Shown: piece after piece, positions 1-15,300 of the stretch
How the letters are laid out: each line of letters opens with the position of its first letter
Numbering within the stretch: position 1 is the stretch's first letter
Program-made: the position numbers and the translations under genes
Assembly (NCBI RefSeq): GCF_964355755.1
Contig: NC_092670.1
Coordinates: forward strand, 20,074,795-20,138,794
Reading direction: 5' to 3'
DNA from: Antedon mediterranea
Lineage: Eukaryota > Animalia > Echinodermata
Length of the DNA stretch: 64,000 nucleotides
Notes under the pieces: generated by a model
Database searches by the model: none
Told to the model about the DNA's origin: nothing
What the model saw: only the letters and a program-made list of their open reading frames with translations

Positions 1-381
1 TTGCAATGAAATCAAATTATGGCAAAAAGTTATTAAAAAATATTCTTGCTAACAACATTTTACTGCAATTACTGCAGTTATTCTACTGCATACACAGTCA
101 TTGCAAATATTACTTGAAAAATGGACGAATTACAAACTAGATAAACATTGATGCAATTACATTCTCATTTTTATATTCAACTGTTCTGCAGTAAAACAAG
201 AGTCTAATAAAGACCTCTCATCACTTCTGATAACTTTATTGATATAACTTAGTCTTCTTAATGATGAAATCATATTATTTCCACTTTTTAAAGACCTTTC
301 TAACAAACACTTTCTCCAAAGATGTGTACAGAGTATAACATTGGTCATTTTAGTCTTTACTCTTGTAAAGAGTGTGGTGCT

Positions 382-393
382 TCATTGCCAAAC
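382..393 (-). CDS. TRAF7: TRAF7 last coding exon (VWQ*)
   Basis: Acceptor ctttcag then GTT TGG CAA TGA; phase 0 fits the preceding exon. Confidence 0.9.
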   Translation of the reverse strand, partial: VWQ

Positions 394-3300
394 CTGAAAG
401 AAAGGAAATAACAATAAAAAATGCATTGTTCTAATTATTAATAAATAAAATCAAATTCAGATGTAGAAACAAATACTATACAGGATATGGTCAAAGTAAT
501 AAACAAATAATGGTGGTAACATAAATAACGTAAATTTCCTTTCACTTACCTTAACAGTATTATCAACAGCACCAGAGAAAAGACGCCCTCTAGAGACAGC
601 GAGACATGTTACACTTCCCTGATGTCGTATCAGAGCTTGTTGACATGTCTTATTCTCCATATTCCATACCTAAAAAATAATAGTAATAATAAATGTTAAC
701 TAAAAATGTCTTATAATAATAAATATAAATATATAATTTTAATTATTATGCAACATTTTTAATTTGGTTATAATCTTCTTTTACAGTATTGTTTTATTAT
801 TATTTTTAGTAAATTCTAAAGCTCTGTCTACACTATCAAACTAGTTGAAAAAAAATGTGATGTGCCCAAATATGGTAGTGATATGACATTATCATGTCCA
901 TATATGGGCACCACACATTAAATATCATATATAAAAAATAAACTATTCCAATTATATTTAGAGGATAGTCAACTAGAGTATCCGTGTTACTTTAAATTAG
1001 TTTAGAAATTGAATATTATTGGATAAATACAAAGGAGAAAGCTACATGATGAGTCTGCTTAAAAACCAATATTGACTATAAATAAATAATTACACTCACC
1101 CTGAGAGATCGATCATATGAAGCACTAAATACACGTGTACTGCCCGGAGCACTGATAACAGCTAGTGCGTACACTGTGCCCACGTGTCCCGTCAGCGTCT
1201 CCACTTGATCATGGGATTTACGGTCCCATACATGAATGCAGTTCTCGTAAGTTCCAGCTATGATGTGTTCATTTGTGAGCGTAATTGAATATACAGAGCC
1301 TCCTGATGTTTCTAGGACATTTGTTACTTCTAAGCTGTTTATGTTCCAAATCTGCAGAAAAATAGTTAGGCCATGAGCGGAATATTCAACTCATTCACAA
1401 GACAATAAAGATGCTTACATATTTAACAAAGAACAACATCTTCCTTTTTTTATAGGAGTAAGCAATGCAATTTGTTTTTCCGTATTCTGGACCCTTCTTT
1501 AGGATATTCTTTCAACTTGAGTCTTACTGTTATACTCACATTTTGTTTATTACATTGAGTGACTCTTGCTAATTAATAAATAAATACAAGGGTTAAAAAA
1601 AAAGTCTTAACTAATAATTGATAATTTTGTTTTCATTTTGATGCATTCCGCTGAAAAGTTCTATAAATAAAAATTACACACAACTTAAATATTTATATTG
1701 AGTCCTGCAGCAATCCACAGTAACATTACTGCAGCAAATAGCATGATTTTTCAAGATCATTGCTAACATACCTTAATTGTTTGGAAAGAACCACTGTAAA
1801 GGTGCTCTTCAGTAGCAACTAAAGCACGAACCCAATGGTTCAGACCGGTTAATTCCTTCTTTAACTCATGAGTATGTGCATCCCATACCTATGAAAAATT
1901 AAATATACAAAATAAATATATACAGTGGTTTTTAAAATAAAAAATAATTTTATTCCTATTCAGCTGTGGTACATGAAATCAGCTTGATTAAAATTTGAGA
2001 TATTTGTGAGATCATCGGATTGATATCATAAAATTTCTGATACCAGACTGATATATAAATTGTATCATGATTTAAATGATAAGATATTTAAGATACCATA
2101 AAGATATCTTGCTTTATATCATATCTTGACTGGGTCAATTTTAATGATACAAAAAACTGAACTGTTCAGTTGTTTGTATCATTAAAACTTACAAAAAAAA
2201 ACCAGAAAAACCTTAGACTAACCTTAATAACTTTGAGCGAACCACTAAACAGCATGTTATTAGCACTAACCAGGGTGCACACTGCATTTTCATGTGCTGC
2301 TATTGTTTTTTCATGTTCCAGAGTATCAATATTCCAAACCTGCAACAACAACAAATATGAAAATTATATATGTAGCTTGAAAATCTGCTCTGCATTATAA
2401 GTACTATTAGAGGCCAACTAAGCTAATTCTATACATACTAATTGAAAGTGTATGGTTTTGCATATACATACAAACATTTACAGCTTATTTAGACCTTTCT
2501 AGTTTATTCTCAGTATGTAGTGCCACCAGTAGAAGCTTTATATTAATGATGATTCCTGATCAAAGTAGGTATGAAATGCCATGTGTGCCAAAATGTTTTT
2601 CTTTAAGAATTGCTATCTGGAACCTTTAGACTACAGTATCATATATTTGACTATTTTGTAAACAATTTAGTATATTTACTAATAAAAAATATATACTTAC
2701 AGAGATAGTTTGATCTGAAGAACCACTATACAATTTGTTACTGAAAAATATAGAAATAATATAGTTAAATATATTTAATTACATGACACATACAAACTGT
2801 GTATAAAGGATATATTGGGTCAAAAAAACGAGTGCATATCAAGAACTAATAGACAATACTGTGCAAAACTTATGTTTATATCCAAACCACAGTAACGTAT
2901 ACTCAGCAGAAACTGATGAAAAATTACTGCAGCAACTGATATAAAATTACTGCAGCAACAGAGGTAAAAGTATAATTAAACACTTACCCGTGTGTACACA
3001 GAGCTAGCACAATGCCTGTATGTCCTTCCATTGTTTTGTGACATGTGTAACTTGGACGGGTGTCCCACACCTTGATGGTCTTATCTGATGACCCACTGAA
3101 TAGGTAGTCACCATGTACACATAAACACCACACAGGGCCTTGATGGCCAACAAAAGTCCCTTTACATCGATACAGCTGTTGGGGTTCTGTAATAACAAAA
3201 TAATTGGCAAATAAATGAATAGTATAACCATGGAGGAATTGTATAACACACCGGAACGAAAAAAATGGAAATTAGATTTTAAACACTGTCGTATGATAAG

Positions 3301-6300
3301 GAGACATGTGTTTTTAACCAAATAAATTCATATTTAAGTAACAAAGAACATTAAGTCTTACTATTGTTACTGCTAAATTAGATGAAGGTGAAGACACGCT
3401 TAAAGATACAGTGTGACAGGGCATGCAGTTAGTTAACTTTGACTGCAGCTCGTTGGTGCATTGCTTGTACATGTTGACGAAGACTTATAATGTATATTGT
3501 GTATCATATTGTTGTTTCTCTGAGAACCCAAGCCCCTTCTTGTAAATCATAAATATGGACATGAATAAACTATGACCTACCATCATTGAACCTGCCAATA
3601 ATGTAAGCTATCTCGTGGTTAATTGTGCTAAACTTTCTACGATTGTCCAACATCTCGTTTGACATCTCTCGTTGGTTCTCATCAAGGTCCTCTGCAAAAA
3701 ACCAAAACAAAATTTTGAGTAACTTTGATAATCTTGAGAATTGGAGGAATATTTAGTGGATATGTGTGAAATTATAATCTCTTGCATTCCTCTGCTTGCT
3801 GCCCTCAATGTGTATTTTTAAAATCAATGCAATAAAAGGCTGTAAAATTTACTCTAAGCAGGGAGTTACAATTCCCTTCTCTAAGCACAAGTTTACCTTA
3901 CATTTTACAGTAAATTGGCATGAAATATATAAAATATTTTTTATTTTCTTATGGGTAATTTTTGTGGTAATACAGTGAGCTATTTTATAGGTACCTTTTG
4001 GCAATAGTTGTCAAGGAAAATACTATATAATTCACTTAAGTCAATTTAATGTGAACACCTCCCCCTTAGGCTCATTGTTTTATCGCCAGGGCCAGGTTTG
4101 TTGGAGGCCATTTTAAGGTTGGGCATTTTGCCTGGTCAAGTATCACTCACCCACTAATTTTTCCATTCTGCTTTGATTCTCATCCAAATAGCCTAGAAAA
4201 ATATAAAAGATTGAAGATAAGATCATTGAAGATAAGCATAATGAAGAAAACATTATCTAAATAAAAATTAAATGTTATATATTCAAAACCCTTATAATCT
4301 TTGCAAATGATTACATTTACCATGGCAAAATTATTTATTGGCAAAATTATGACTAATTACGTGGTTTGTGGTTATATTCAAAACCACTATATCTTTGCAT
4401 TATATTTACCATAGCAACATTTTGTGTTCACATATGCTCTTTTGTCATGACTAATTATGTGGTTTGTGGTTAGGCCTGATATTATTCAATGACACCAATC
4501 ATAAACTCCTTGTTTTAACCAACTACATCCACTTCCCAGATACATTATAACCTTAACGTACATTGGGGCATGGCCTAGCATACCACTACAGGCTAATAAT
4601 TAACATCCTTAACCTCCAGACATCCATTATGTAATATTGTTATTCTCAGAACACATATCACATTTGAAATTACCAATTAATCGCAAATTATTTTTAGATT
4701 AGTCTCTATTTCAATCTTTAAATAATAATTAAATTACAGATAAGTCGTAATATCCTGTTGGATATTGAGTGTAATTTGTTTTCAATGTAATATCATTGGT
4801 GTATATTTTGTTACTTAGATGTTGTTAAGCTCTGTCTACACTATCAAACTTAATGTGATCTGCCCATATATGGACACGATGATATCATATCACTACCATA
4901 TTTGGGCACATCACTACCATTTTTGGGAACATCACTACCATTTTTGTCAAACTAGTTTGATAGTGTAGACAGAGCTTAGAGACTAGATATGAATGATTTA
5001 TATGTGATCACTTTAATTGACTGCAGTAGCAATGCATGAAGCTGGTGTAGAGACTTGAATGTTCCTACAAACAGCAGTATTTTAAGCATTTTTGTACATA
5101 TTTTGCTTAGTATTTATGTGGTTATGGTAGACTTGCCACAAAAAGTCTCTAGTCATTGTTCCTTTTTATGTAGCAGCACCAGCCAGTATAGTTATTACAT
5201 CAATTGCTCTATTTGCTGAAATTGATCTTATTATATGGTTTATCAGGTAAGTAATTAATAAACCAGACACTTTAATACAATAAAACACTTACTAATCTTC
5301 ATTTCTAAAGATTTCTCCAATCGATCGACCCTCTCTGATAATTTTCCAAGCATGGAGCGTAGAAAGCCAATCTCCTGGTCCTTCTGACGAATCGTTAATT
5401 GCAGGTCTCGCATCTTGTCATCTGTGTTCTGCAAGAAGTTCTTAATGTTGTCGTAGTAACACGTTTGGAGATGCGTGCTGACCTCTTCAAGTGTGCCCAC
5501 GTACTGACATCCGTATTTGCTATGGTCGCATTTACATAAATTGCACATCTTCATGTGCGATTCTAGATCCTGTACAAAGAAAATAATAAGTCATTTAAAA
5601 GATAAAAATAAGTTCAGTTACTGCAGCAAAATTTTTTTTATTGCACCCCTCTCTAACATAAAAAGCATCTCTTTCTTCAGTTACTGCAGTACATGCTTTA
5701 ATGATGAATAAAATCAATCAAGTCTTTCCCATGGTTTGCTCTGTGTGTGTGTTATTGAACAATTTGTTCAACGTTGCCTTTGTTATACATTTTTTATCTG
5801 AATTTATGTATGTTTTATGATGGAAAATAAAGATTGATTGATATATATATAAAATCAATATAACATTTTTCGAAATACCTGGAATAAATTTTTGCACAAA
5901 AGTGTGTGCAGAGTTCCAATGGAATGAACATTTATCAAAGCAAGTTCTTGGAGGCATAGGAATCAATTCCCTTGTAAGCTCAGGGTGTTTTTATCTGAAT
6001 GGGGTGGTGCCTAGTTAATGGAGCATTATTACATAATATGTATCACACCATCATTAATAATCCAGGCCTGGTTTCAAACTACATTTGTCATACCTTACAT
6101 AAAGTTGTGAAGTTTATAATATAATCATTATACTTTCTCTTTACCATGTGAATGAACTTTTAAACTTAATTCCCTGTAACACCTCTCACTACCTAAGGTA
6201 TTATGGGCCCTCAAAGTGTCAAATAGAATTAAATTCCATCTTAAAAGCTCACATGTACTCGGAAGTTGTTTCCAATGGGACCTTATGTTTCTAAAGCCAG

Positions 6301-9300
6301 GATCTGAATGGTGTAAGTTGTATAAGGGATGGTGCCAACATTTGTTACTGCTGAAAGTTTCAAAATCTAGTTAAATATATTAACAAATTAACTGAAATTT
6401 GCAGTACTTCAGTTTACAACTAAAACAACTACTGTTAGCAACTTTGTTTTAACAGTTTATTCAGCTTTCTTTATGAAAGTAGAGAAGTGAAAGATTTTAA
6501 CTATTGTTGATGATAATTGAAATGGGAAAATGGATGACTGTGAGCCAATTGGGACTGTGAAGTTAACCTGGGACTTGGGTAAGGTCTGCATTTTGAGTCA
6601 GTATATTTTATATTGTTTAATAACTAATGTCCTATTAGTATAATTAAATACTGCCCTCACTTGATAATATCTTTATTCCGAGTGTGTTAAGGGAAACTGT
6701 TTGACAAGCTTACGACAGGAAGTTGTATCAACTGACCCCCTATGTGCAAATTATTTAACTAAACCAAATTAGTTAAATACATATTAAATACCTACATACC
6801 ATACTTAGGTTATAATTAAATGGTAAATTACCAAGATTTTGAAGTAATCATCATCTTAATGTCTCTACAGTAATCATCCATTTTCTTTTTGTTATATTTT
6901 ACCTAATACTTATATTGCTTTTACTTTTGTATGTCTGATTTTTTTTTTCTGATCCACCAGTGATATCAGTACTACGATACTGAATGTGTCTTCTCAATAA
7001 TGACAGAAATAAATCTTAAATTCCTTCTTACGTGATGATATCCTGTACTTACCATTTTTAAGACTGTTGGGCAGTTTGGATTATTTGGGCAGTTCATAGG
7101 TGCATAGCCGCAGTTGGCTTCATGAGTACTGTAAAATAAAAGAAAATAACACAAATTACGGTTTAATTTTTAGATTAGCTTATTTAAAACTTTTTTAGTA
7201 CACTACACTATTAGGTATGGATTTTGTATATAATTATAGTATGGTCTTTTGGCTAGAAATGTATTTATTCAGACTGTAGTAAAGTTGACTCTGAACAGTC
7301 AGTAATTGAGGTGGTTTGTGATTGGAGCATCCATGAAGAAGCTTGTACAATATACAAATATTACAAGTCAAATACCTGAGGTAATGGTATTCAGTTATTG
7401 TTACAGCTTACCTAGCATTATTAATTACCTCCTATGTAATGAGAAAGTGAGGGTTATTAAATTAACTCACTCACTGCCAGATTCTATTCAGTATTATTTT
7501 CTTTTAAATGCGGCACTTAGTACAGCTTATGTTACGCATTTATAATATCCCAACGGGCTAAATAAGGGGTATTTGAAAAGGCATGTGTTAAGATAAGATT
7601 TCCAAAACATGGCACAATCAATTACTTTCATTCATGACGTGAGGGTTATAAAGGAGTAACATGAGGCAACTCTTAAAATAACTTATCCGGTACTTTCCAT
7701 GATATCCAAGTTTGACAGTAACTTTCACTTTGACGAGGGGTAATACAGAAGGCTTGTTGTAAATAATTCACCCGGAAAATTCCGTAAGCGGACATGTGAC
7801 AAGGGTACAAAGTTGACAGTAAATGACAAATATTATGATGGAAAAAGGACAGAAGTTAGATCATACATCCGGAATATTCCATATTATGAAGCGGACACAT
7901 AAAAAGGAACAAATTTGACAGCAAATAGTTTCACTACGACAAGCATCATGATGAAAGGGGTAAAACAGAGGCCTGTTAAAATCAGTCATCTGGAACAAAC
8001 TTGATAGTAATTTAGCTATGACGAATAATGTAATGAGACAGGAATGAAATACAGAAATCATTCAATAGGAACATTAAAAGCCAACATACAAACCGGTACA
8101 AACTTTGATTGTATTATTCTATGACAAATACAGTAGTATAATGACATGGGAACCACACTCATGTTAATGAAACATGCTATAAGGACATATGAACGATTTA
8201 ATACAATAATTTGGAATATGAAGAATAGTAGAATGACAGGGTAATGTGAAGGAAGGCCTGTTTTGTAGAACAGGCAAAATGTCCTATTGAAAAGTACAAT
8301 CAAATCAAGGACCCAGCCATTGCTATATTACATGTTATATAGTACAGCAGTAATATCAGGGGCGGATCCAGGATTTAAAACATGAGAGTGCTAACATATA
8401 ATATTAATGATAAAATAAATATCAAGAGGCAGTTCATAATTTAATTTATAAGAATAATCAATAAAAGGGAAGCGTGTGAGCCTGGTTACTTTGATGAAGT
8501 AAAAGCATCTAATTTATATTGTTAAATAACACGTATAAGATTAGCCATCTCTTTATTTTAACCACCAACTTACACTTTCTCACTGACGCGCATGGTCATA
8601 GGGCAGCCGTCGGGATCAACTTCGTATTCTCCAGGAATTTGGCTCGATGACGGAATACAACCGTATTTACAATGGACGTATAATTCACTGATTTGTTCGT
8701 TAACGGCGATGTTTGCGACAACAACAGCTAATTTGCTATTATCCACAGGACATTTTTCTGTAAATTAAAAAAAAAAGTAATTTATTAATTTTTTTTCTCA
8801 CTTTTTCTTCATCCATTTATTATATAAATATTTAAACAAAACATTATTTATAATCAAAATAATGATGCTAGTTTTTATTTTTTTTCGGCTCTGCATTGCA
8901 TCGAGCACTTCTGCCTACATGATTTTTTTCAAGCTTAACTAATAATCTTATACTATACAGACATAACCAATATCCAACCAAAAAACATCACATAAAATTA
9001 AAGCAAATTCCATAAAGATGAAATCAACTATAAGTATACACGTAAATAATAAAAATTCATAAGAAGCTGTGTCATAAAAAAAAGGACAGATTTGAAAATG
9101 TGCGTTGACAGATGGATTTTAGCCAGGCCCATAATAATCCCTCCGCAGAGATCACCTGCCTCTACATGACTCAAACTCAGATCTAAATTCCTAAAAACAT
9201 CAAAATAATTTTTAAAGTTACTCGTACAAGCTTCCTCAGTTATAGACAACTTGACATTCAAAATCTGTGATTTTGTAAATTTGTATTTTATGAATTATAT

Positions 9301-12300
9301 GTTAATCTAGATAAGTTTGTAACTAAATTCCTAATTTTGACAAATTGTTGTCAAAGAATTCAATAGATTTGATGTAAAAATCTGTTTTTCTAGATTACGT
9401 GTAGTACCCTATATATTTATTTTAAAAACAAGACAGAAGTGTAATCCACTTTTTATGTCTCAATATTTTCAAAGGTAACTATTATAGACAAGTTCATGTG
9501 TATGGGAGATTAAAAAAAATTACAAAATTCAACTGGTTTTATGTATAAAAGCTACTAGAGTTTAGATTGCCCTTTTCTATATCTGTTCTAAAACTAACTT
9601 GTATTTAATGATTATGAATTTAAATATATGATAATTGTGCCCAGAAACAGTCTAACTACATTAAAAAAAAATGATTGAAATGAATTCAAAACAGAAGATG
9701 TTATTTTAAATTAATTTCCGCTTCAAACCTGAAACTTGTTACCATCCATTTCAGTTCTGGTCGACCTCTTATTTGTCATAGAGACATAATTAATATGCAA
9801 TCTTAACACCTGTGTTTTATGTATGAATCAGTTGAACATGTGCTACAATTTGTCTATTTGTTTTATATTCAAAATACAACTTTCACTTTCTAAACCACAA
9901 TTCAGTTATAAGATATTAAACATTGTTGTTGTATTTTTTTCTTTTCATGAGGCAACATTTTCCTTTGAAATGGTTCACAATAGTCAAGAGGGAGAGAGAG
10001 AGAGATATTCACACAGTAGAACTCATTTGGGACATCCCTATTTAGGGGACATGTCCACTATAAAGGGGATACTAAAGCTTGGTTCCTTCTAGAACGTAAC
10101 GCAAGGATGTAAACGCGACAAGCGAAGTTATAGACCGTTAGCAATTACAAGCGAATAAGCCATCACGTGTGATTGGTCAATTCACTTGCGTTGCGTTACG
10201 TCCTTGTGTTGCATCGCTAGTGGGAACCACGCTTTACCTGTAAAACAAACAAGGGGAAATATATTATATGTTTTAAAACTATGGTTAACTCTAATATTCA
10301 CATGACATTGGGTTCTGAAGGTGTCTCCTTTTATAGGGGTTCTACTGTGTAAAAATCATGTACTGTACAGTATTCATAGTATAAATATATTCTTTTTTTA
10401 TTGTTAAGATTAAAAATACTAAAAGAAAATGATTACTATTTCTCAAACTGCTGAGAATTTTCTTTTAGCATTTTAGAAACTTTTTAACTGCACACTAAAA
10501 TGTCTCCGAAACCAACCAATTTCTTTTGTGACAAATGTTAGGATAAATGGTATTTGGCCAACAGCCAGGGAGGTACTTTTTTTTTTAAAGAAGGGCTTCC
10601 TTATTTTAGGAAATCTCTAATTTATAGAGTGTAAATTCCTTCCTTTAAAAAAAAAGGTACGAGAATTTGAAATAAACAAGTCTAAGTTTAAAACAATATT
10701 TAAGTTTAGTATAACTACATATATAAAAAGCATGTTGGCAACATCTTCAGAGTATCAATAACCTCATATAACACATTTTGTATATAACATTTAATACTGT
10801 ACTTATAAGAAACATTTTTTATATAAATACATACTGTACATTTCAGATAAATAAAAGCTTTACATACAAAAGTGCATATTTTGTTACTACTTTATTTGCT
10901 CTATGCTAGTAAAACTATTCCTAAACAATGTAAATTTATAAAATAAGGAAATTAACAACAAAGAAAGTCTCTTACCGTTATGACGAGAGTTAACACATTG
11001 TCTACAGTACGTATGCTGCAAGAGAAACAAAAGACTTATCATTTCAAACACGATTGAGAAAGAATCATAATGGTGACATCTGATGGCACTGGCTTCAAAG
11101 TAATAATCACAAGAAGTTTGGTACTCCGTGAGTGAGCAGAGCAAAGTACTCTAGCAGAGAATGTTCACAAGGTGCAGATAAGGAGTGATAGTCCACTACC
11201 AATGCACCGAATAATCAAATGGTACTGCAACACTGGGCACGTTGGACTGATGTAATCGCTCTAAATACCCGCTACCAACCGGAACAAATGAAGGCTGGGC
11301 AGAAGACCACTAATAACTAGTAGGCATCCACTATAAACACTCGCTAAAGGCGAAACAAACGCAGGCAGGGCACTGACTGATCACGATGAACTGTTAGTAC
11401 CCAATCAAAAGAGACACTACCGGGTGAACCAAACAAAAGCAGAACACCACTAATCACGATAAGCTATTAGTAACTGCTCTAAATACTCGCTACCGGCAGG
11501 AACATATAGGCAGGGCAGTACACCTCTGATCACGATAACAGAGCATAACAGAGTTGTATACTGACTCATTGAGTTTCATACTTCAATCGCCGGAACAGTT
11601 GGCTCACCACGAATCACCAAACAAATCGACCCAATTATTTTGCATATATTATAATCATGATTAGTTTCGACAATTTGTACGGTGATAACTTTTCGCAAAC
11701 ACAAGTGACTTTTAATAGGAAATTAACTTTACAGTGGACATTGTGTTAGCTGTAAAGTGATTACGATGTTCGATATCGTGCAATGCTACATTTTTTTAAT
11801 TAAAGGCGGGATGGTATAAAACAGACACCTACACTGATTAGGATGTTCAATTGGGTTCATTACTTTGATCAGTAATTAGTCACAGTAATATAATTAGTTC
11901 CCACTGACTTAATCATCTATGGATTTTCGAGGCAAAATTAAAATTAACAAAGTTTTTGATGACTTCCTTTAAGACGGTAGATGTTTGTTCAAGATTATCT
12001 GTTGGTTGTCACATCATCAGGTGATTCAGGGGGGAATGTATAGTGCAATTGTAGTTCAGAAAAAATTGAATAGAAAGATCAAAGAACTCTTGCTTCCCAG
12101 GTGAAAATTATATATATATTTTTTGCATGGTAAGCACAAGCCAGATCATAAATACTATGAACCACTTTTTTGTCACATAAAGTTGTAGTAATAGCTATAC
12201 TATTAAGAAACTATAAGCAATAGATTATTTTTCAACAGAACTTAATCTTCTACATTCACAAATATCTTATTTTATAGATTAGTTTAAATTGTTAGATGTC

Positions 12301-15300
12301 CAGTTTAAATTTTGAACAGTGAGTATATTCAATTTAAATTCAAACATTTCCAGAATTAGGTATAATTTTCCAACAGTGAATAACAGTAGTTACTAAAAAA
12401 ATTTTAATAAATTACTGTATGAGTAATTATATATTCTGTTTAATGAGAAAATTAGAAATTATAATAAAGTACAAATATAAATTATAATAAATAGAATAAT
12501 TTTTTTAATGGATGATGAGTAACTTTGCTACTAAATGAGTAAATAGTAAATATAATTAGGATATAACAAGTTAATAGACAAAATAAAAATAGTTAAATAA
12601 ATAATACAATAAGGAAATATTATGATTCAAATAATATCATTGAAATATCAATTAGATTTTCTAAATGTACCCTAATTGCGTTTGAATATTATTTTTTAGG
12701 GCGTGGCAGTGAATTCTTTGTTTAAAATTCATTTCCTTTGGTTATTATTGTATTTTTTATTAAATTTTCATGGAATATTTTGAAAAAGAACCATAGTGAC
12801 GCATAATTTTGATGAATTTAAAAATACAGATCGTAATTAAACAAATTAACTTTTTTTCCGAATGAACTTTTAGGCGGAAATTATCGCTCGCGGAAATTTT
12901 ATATTTTTTAACAATAACAGGTGAAAGATGAGGTTTTTTTTTAAATGTTGATTTTTTTCGGAGAATGAACTCTAATGACATATCTTAGGGTAGCGTGACA
13001 AGTAAAAAAATGTTTAATTTTTAATTTTTTAAACCACTTTCCTTAAAGCACTGTAGAACTGAATTAGCTGGAATTACTGCACTAAACTATCACAATAATG
13101 TTATACCCTAAATCCTACTCCAGCATTAACTAGACTTACTGCAGTAATTTCAGATTGTTATATTGTAAATCTCACTCCTGTCTTGTCAACAGCATAAAGA
13201 GTGAGAATACTGCAGTAACTACAGTAGACTAGCGAAAAGAAGTAAACAATTTTCTAGAACACCAAAGTTTAAAAAGAACCACACATATCTACTATAGTAT
13301 ATTACAGTATCAACTGAAAATACTGCAGTACAGTAATTAAATTTAAAAAAAAGATGATATACCTTTATCTTAGAATGGAATAATAGTCGGTTCCATCATG
13401 TTTGACAAAGTTTAAAATAAACCACTTCCCCCCAACACCCTGTAGTTAATTTCCTTCAGGAAGAGTGTGTAGGAAATAGACCCAAGTACAAAGTGTAAAA
13501 CCTAAGTATACGGGTCATAAGCTGGTCTATGTATAAATGGGATCTTAGATTTCCACTAGGCACTGGTTTACATTAATTAAAAATATCCATAGTGATTTTG
13601 CATATTAAGTGATACTACTGTACTAGTAAATAAGATTTCCTCATACCACACCTAAAGAGTCTGGGTCAACTGTGAACCTGGTATGTGTAAATGGTTCACC
13701 TGGTTTATTTAAATTTAAAATATCCCAGGTGTTTCTGGATATTATTAGAGTGATTAGAGTATCTATAAAAGTGATAGTGTAAATCAGATTTCCTTGTGTT
13801 TATAAAATTAGATAAATTGTTGCATTGTATAGCTAATGGGAGCCACACTTTAAGGAGAAAATAACTTAATCCTTTATAAAAGTGTTTCTTGAATTAGTAT
13901 TTGTTTTAGTGTTTATTAAAATACCACTTATTTTGTTTGACAAGAAAATGTCCCTTTAATATGGGTGTCCCAGAGAAGGGGTTCCACTGTATATCTTTCT
14001 TTTTTTTAAAAATAGTATGCTTTTTTTTAACAACATTAACTATAAGCTTTCAATATATTTTGACTACTCATTCAAGATACTTTAAGAATAATTAACAGAA
14101 CTAGTTTTAAATTGAACTAGTATAAAATTAGGATCTAATTTACAGATATTTAAGAAAATTAAAAGTAGTTTTTTTTAAAACTTGCTATAAAATTAGGATA
14201 AAGTAATTAACTTAGTTTCAGGTATAGGGTCAAGTGAAGGTCAATTAGAAAGACAAATTAGTTCCCTACAAACTCATGTAAATTTGATAGATAACAGGAT
14301 TGTGAATCTTTAGTTAATTGCGTCAAATAAGAAACTTTCTTTAAAATCTATTTAACCAACATTTACTTTATAATACTAAATAGGTATTTGTATTAAAACT
14401 AGTATATTAATTCTAGTTGTTTCAAACATTTTTTTAGTTAAAAAAACAGCAAATCTGTCTACTTTAAAAAAAATAAATATTCTTATTTTTGTTATCTTTC
14501 TATAATCTTTCTTTTATCTATTTCTTTCAATAAATTTATAATTTTACCAAGGTGCTGTATTGTACATGAAATATAATTTTAAAAGTTTTTAAAAATTGTA
14601 ACCTTTGGTGCTTCATGCTTCATTGGTATAGTGTTCCATAACTTATCACCAAATCACTGTTGTGTGTTGTACTCAATACATTTTAACAATAAAATAATTA
14701 AGATAAATGAAAACAAGTAGAATAGATTATTTTAAATCAATTTTGAGGTAAAAACTGCTAAATCACAACCTCCACTGCGGAATGTAGAGATAATTTGTTT
14801 TAACTAGTTTTCGTCTAGACCAATCGCTAATTTCTATTGAAGTTAATTATGTATACGCAGAAGCTTCACCGATATCAATTTGAATTCTGAAAACTTGAAT
14901 ATATTTAAGCCAGAAACTTGTTTAAGACATTTAAAGTTACTTCATGTTTTTTTTAGGCTAAGTGTTATTGAAGTTAATGTTTAAACGGAAGGTGTTGTAA
15001 CAAGTAGATAACAGGTGTAAGTATTACAAGTTGAACAAATAAACTTCTTCGTTACACATTTTACATTAGTTTTATTATATATATATATTTTACACTAAAG
15101 CAGTAGGATCAATTTCTAAAAAAACAATTAAAAAATATAAAGCATAGTAAATAAACAAATATTGTATTCTTTATAATTACAAAGTTTTTGTCTTTACTGA
15201 TCTGTTGTCATTTTAAATTTAATATTCTAAATACTTTTATAGTGTTATATTTTTTTTCTCTAAATTATGAAATTAAGTTTATTTAGAAAATGCTACACAT

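Noticed and set aside
3004-3321. 105-aa ORF from the track
   Set aside because: Wrong frame over the true exon 2988-3186.
7485-8380. Possible transposon or coding remnant
   Set aside because: No paired termini or recognisable protein motif; only a lone CAGGGGCGGATCCAG end at 8357 (similar one at 16073).
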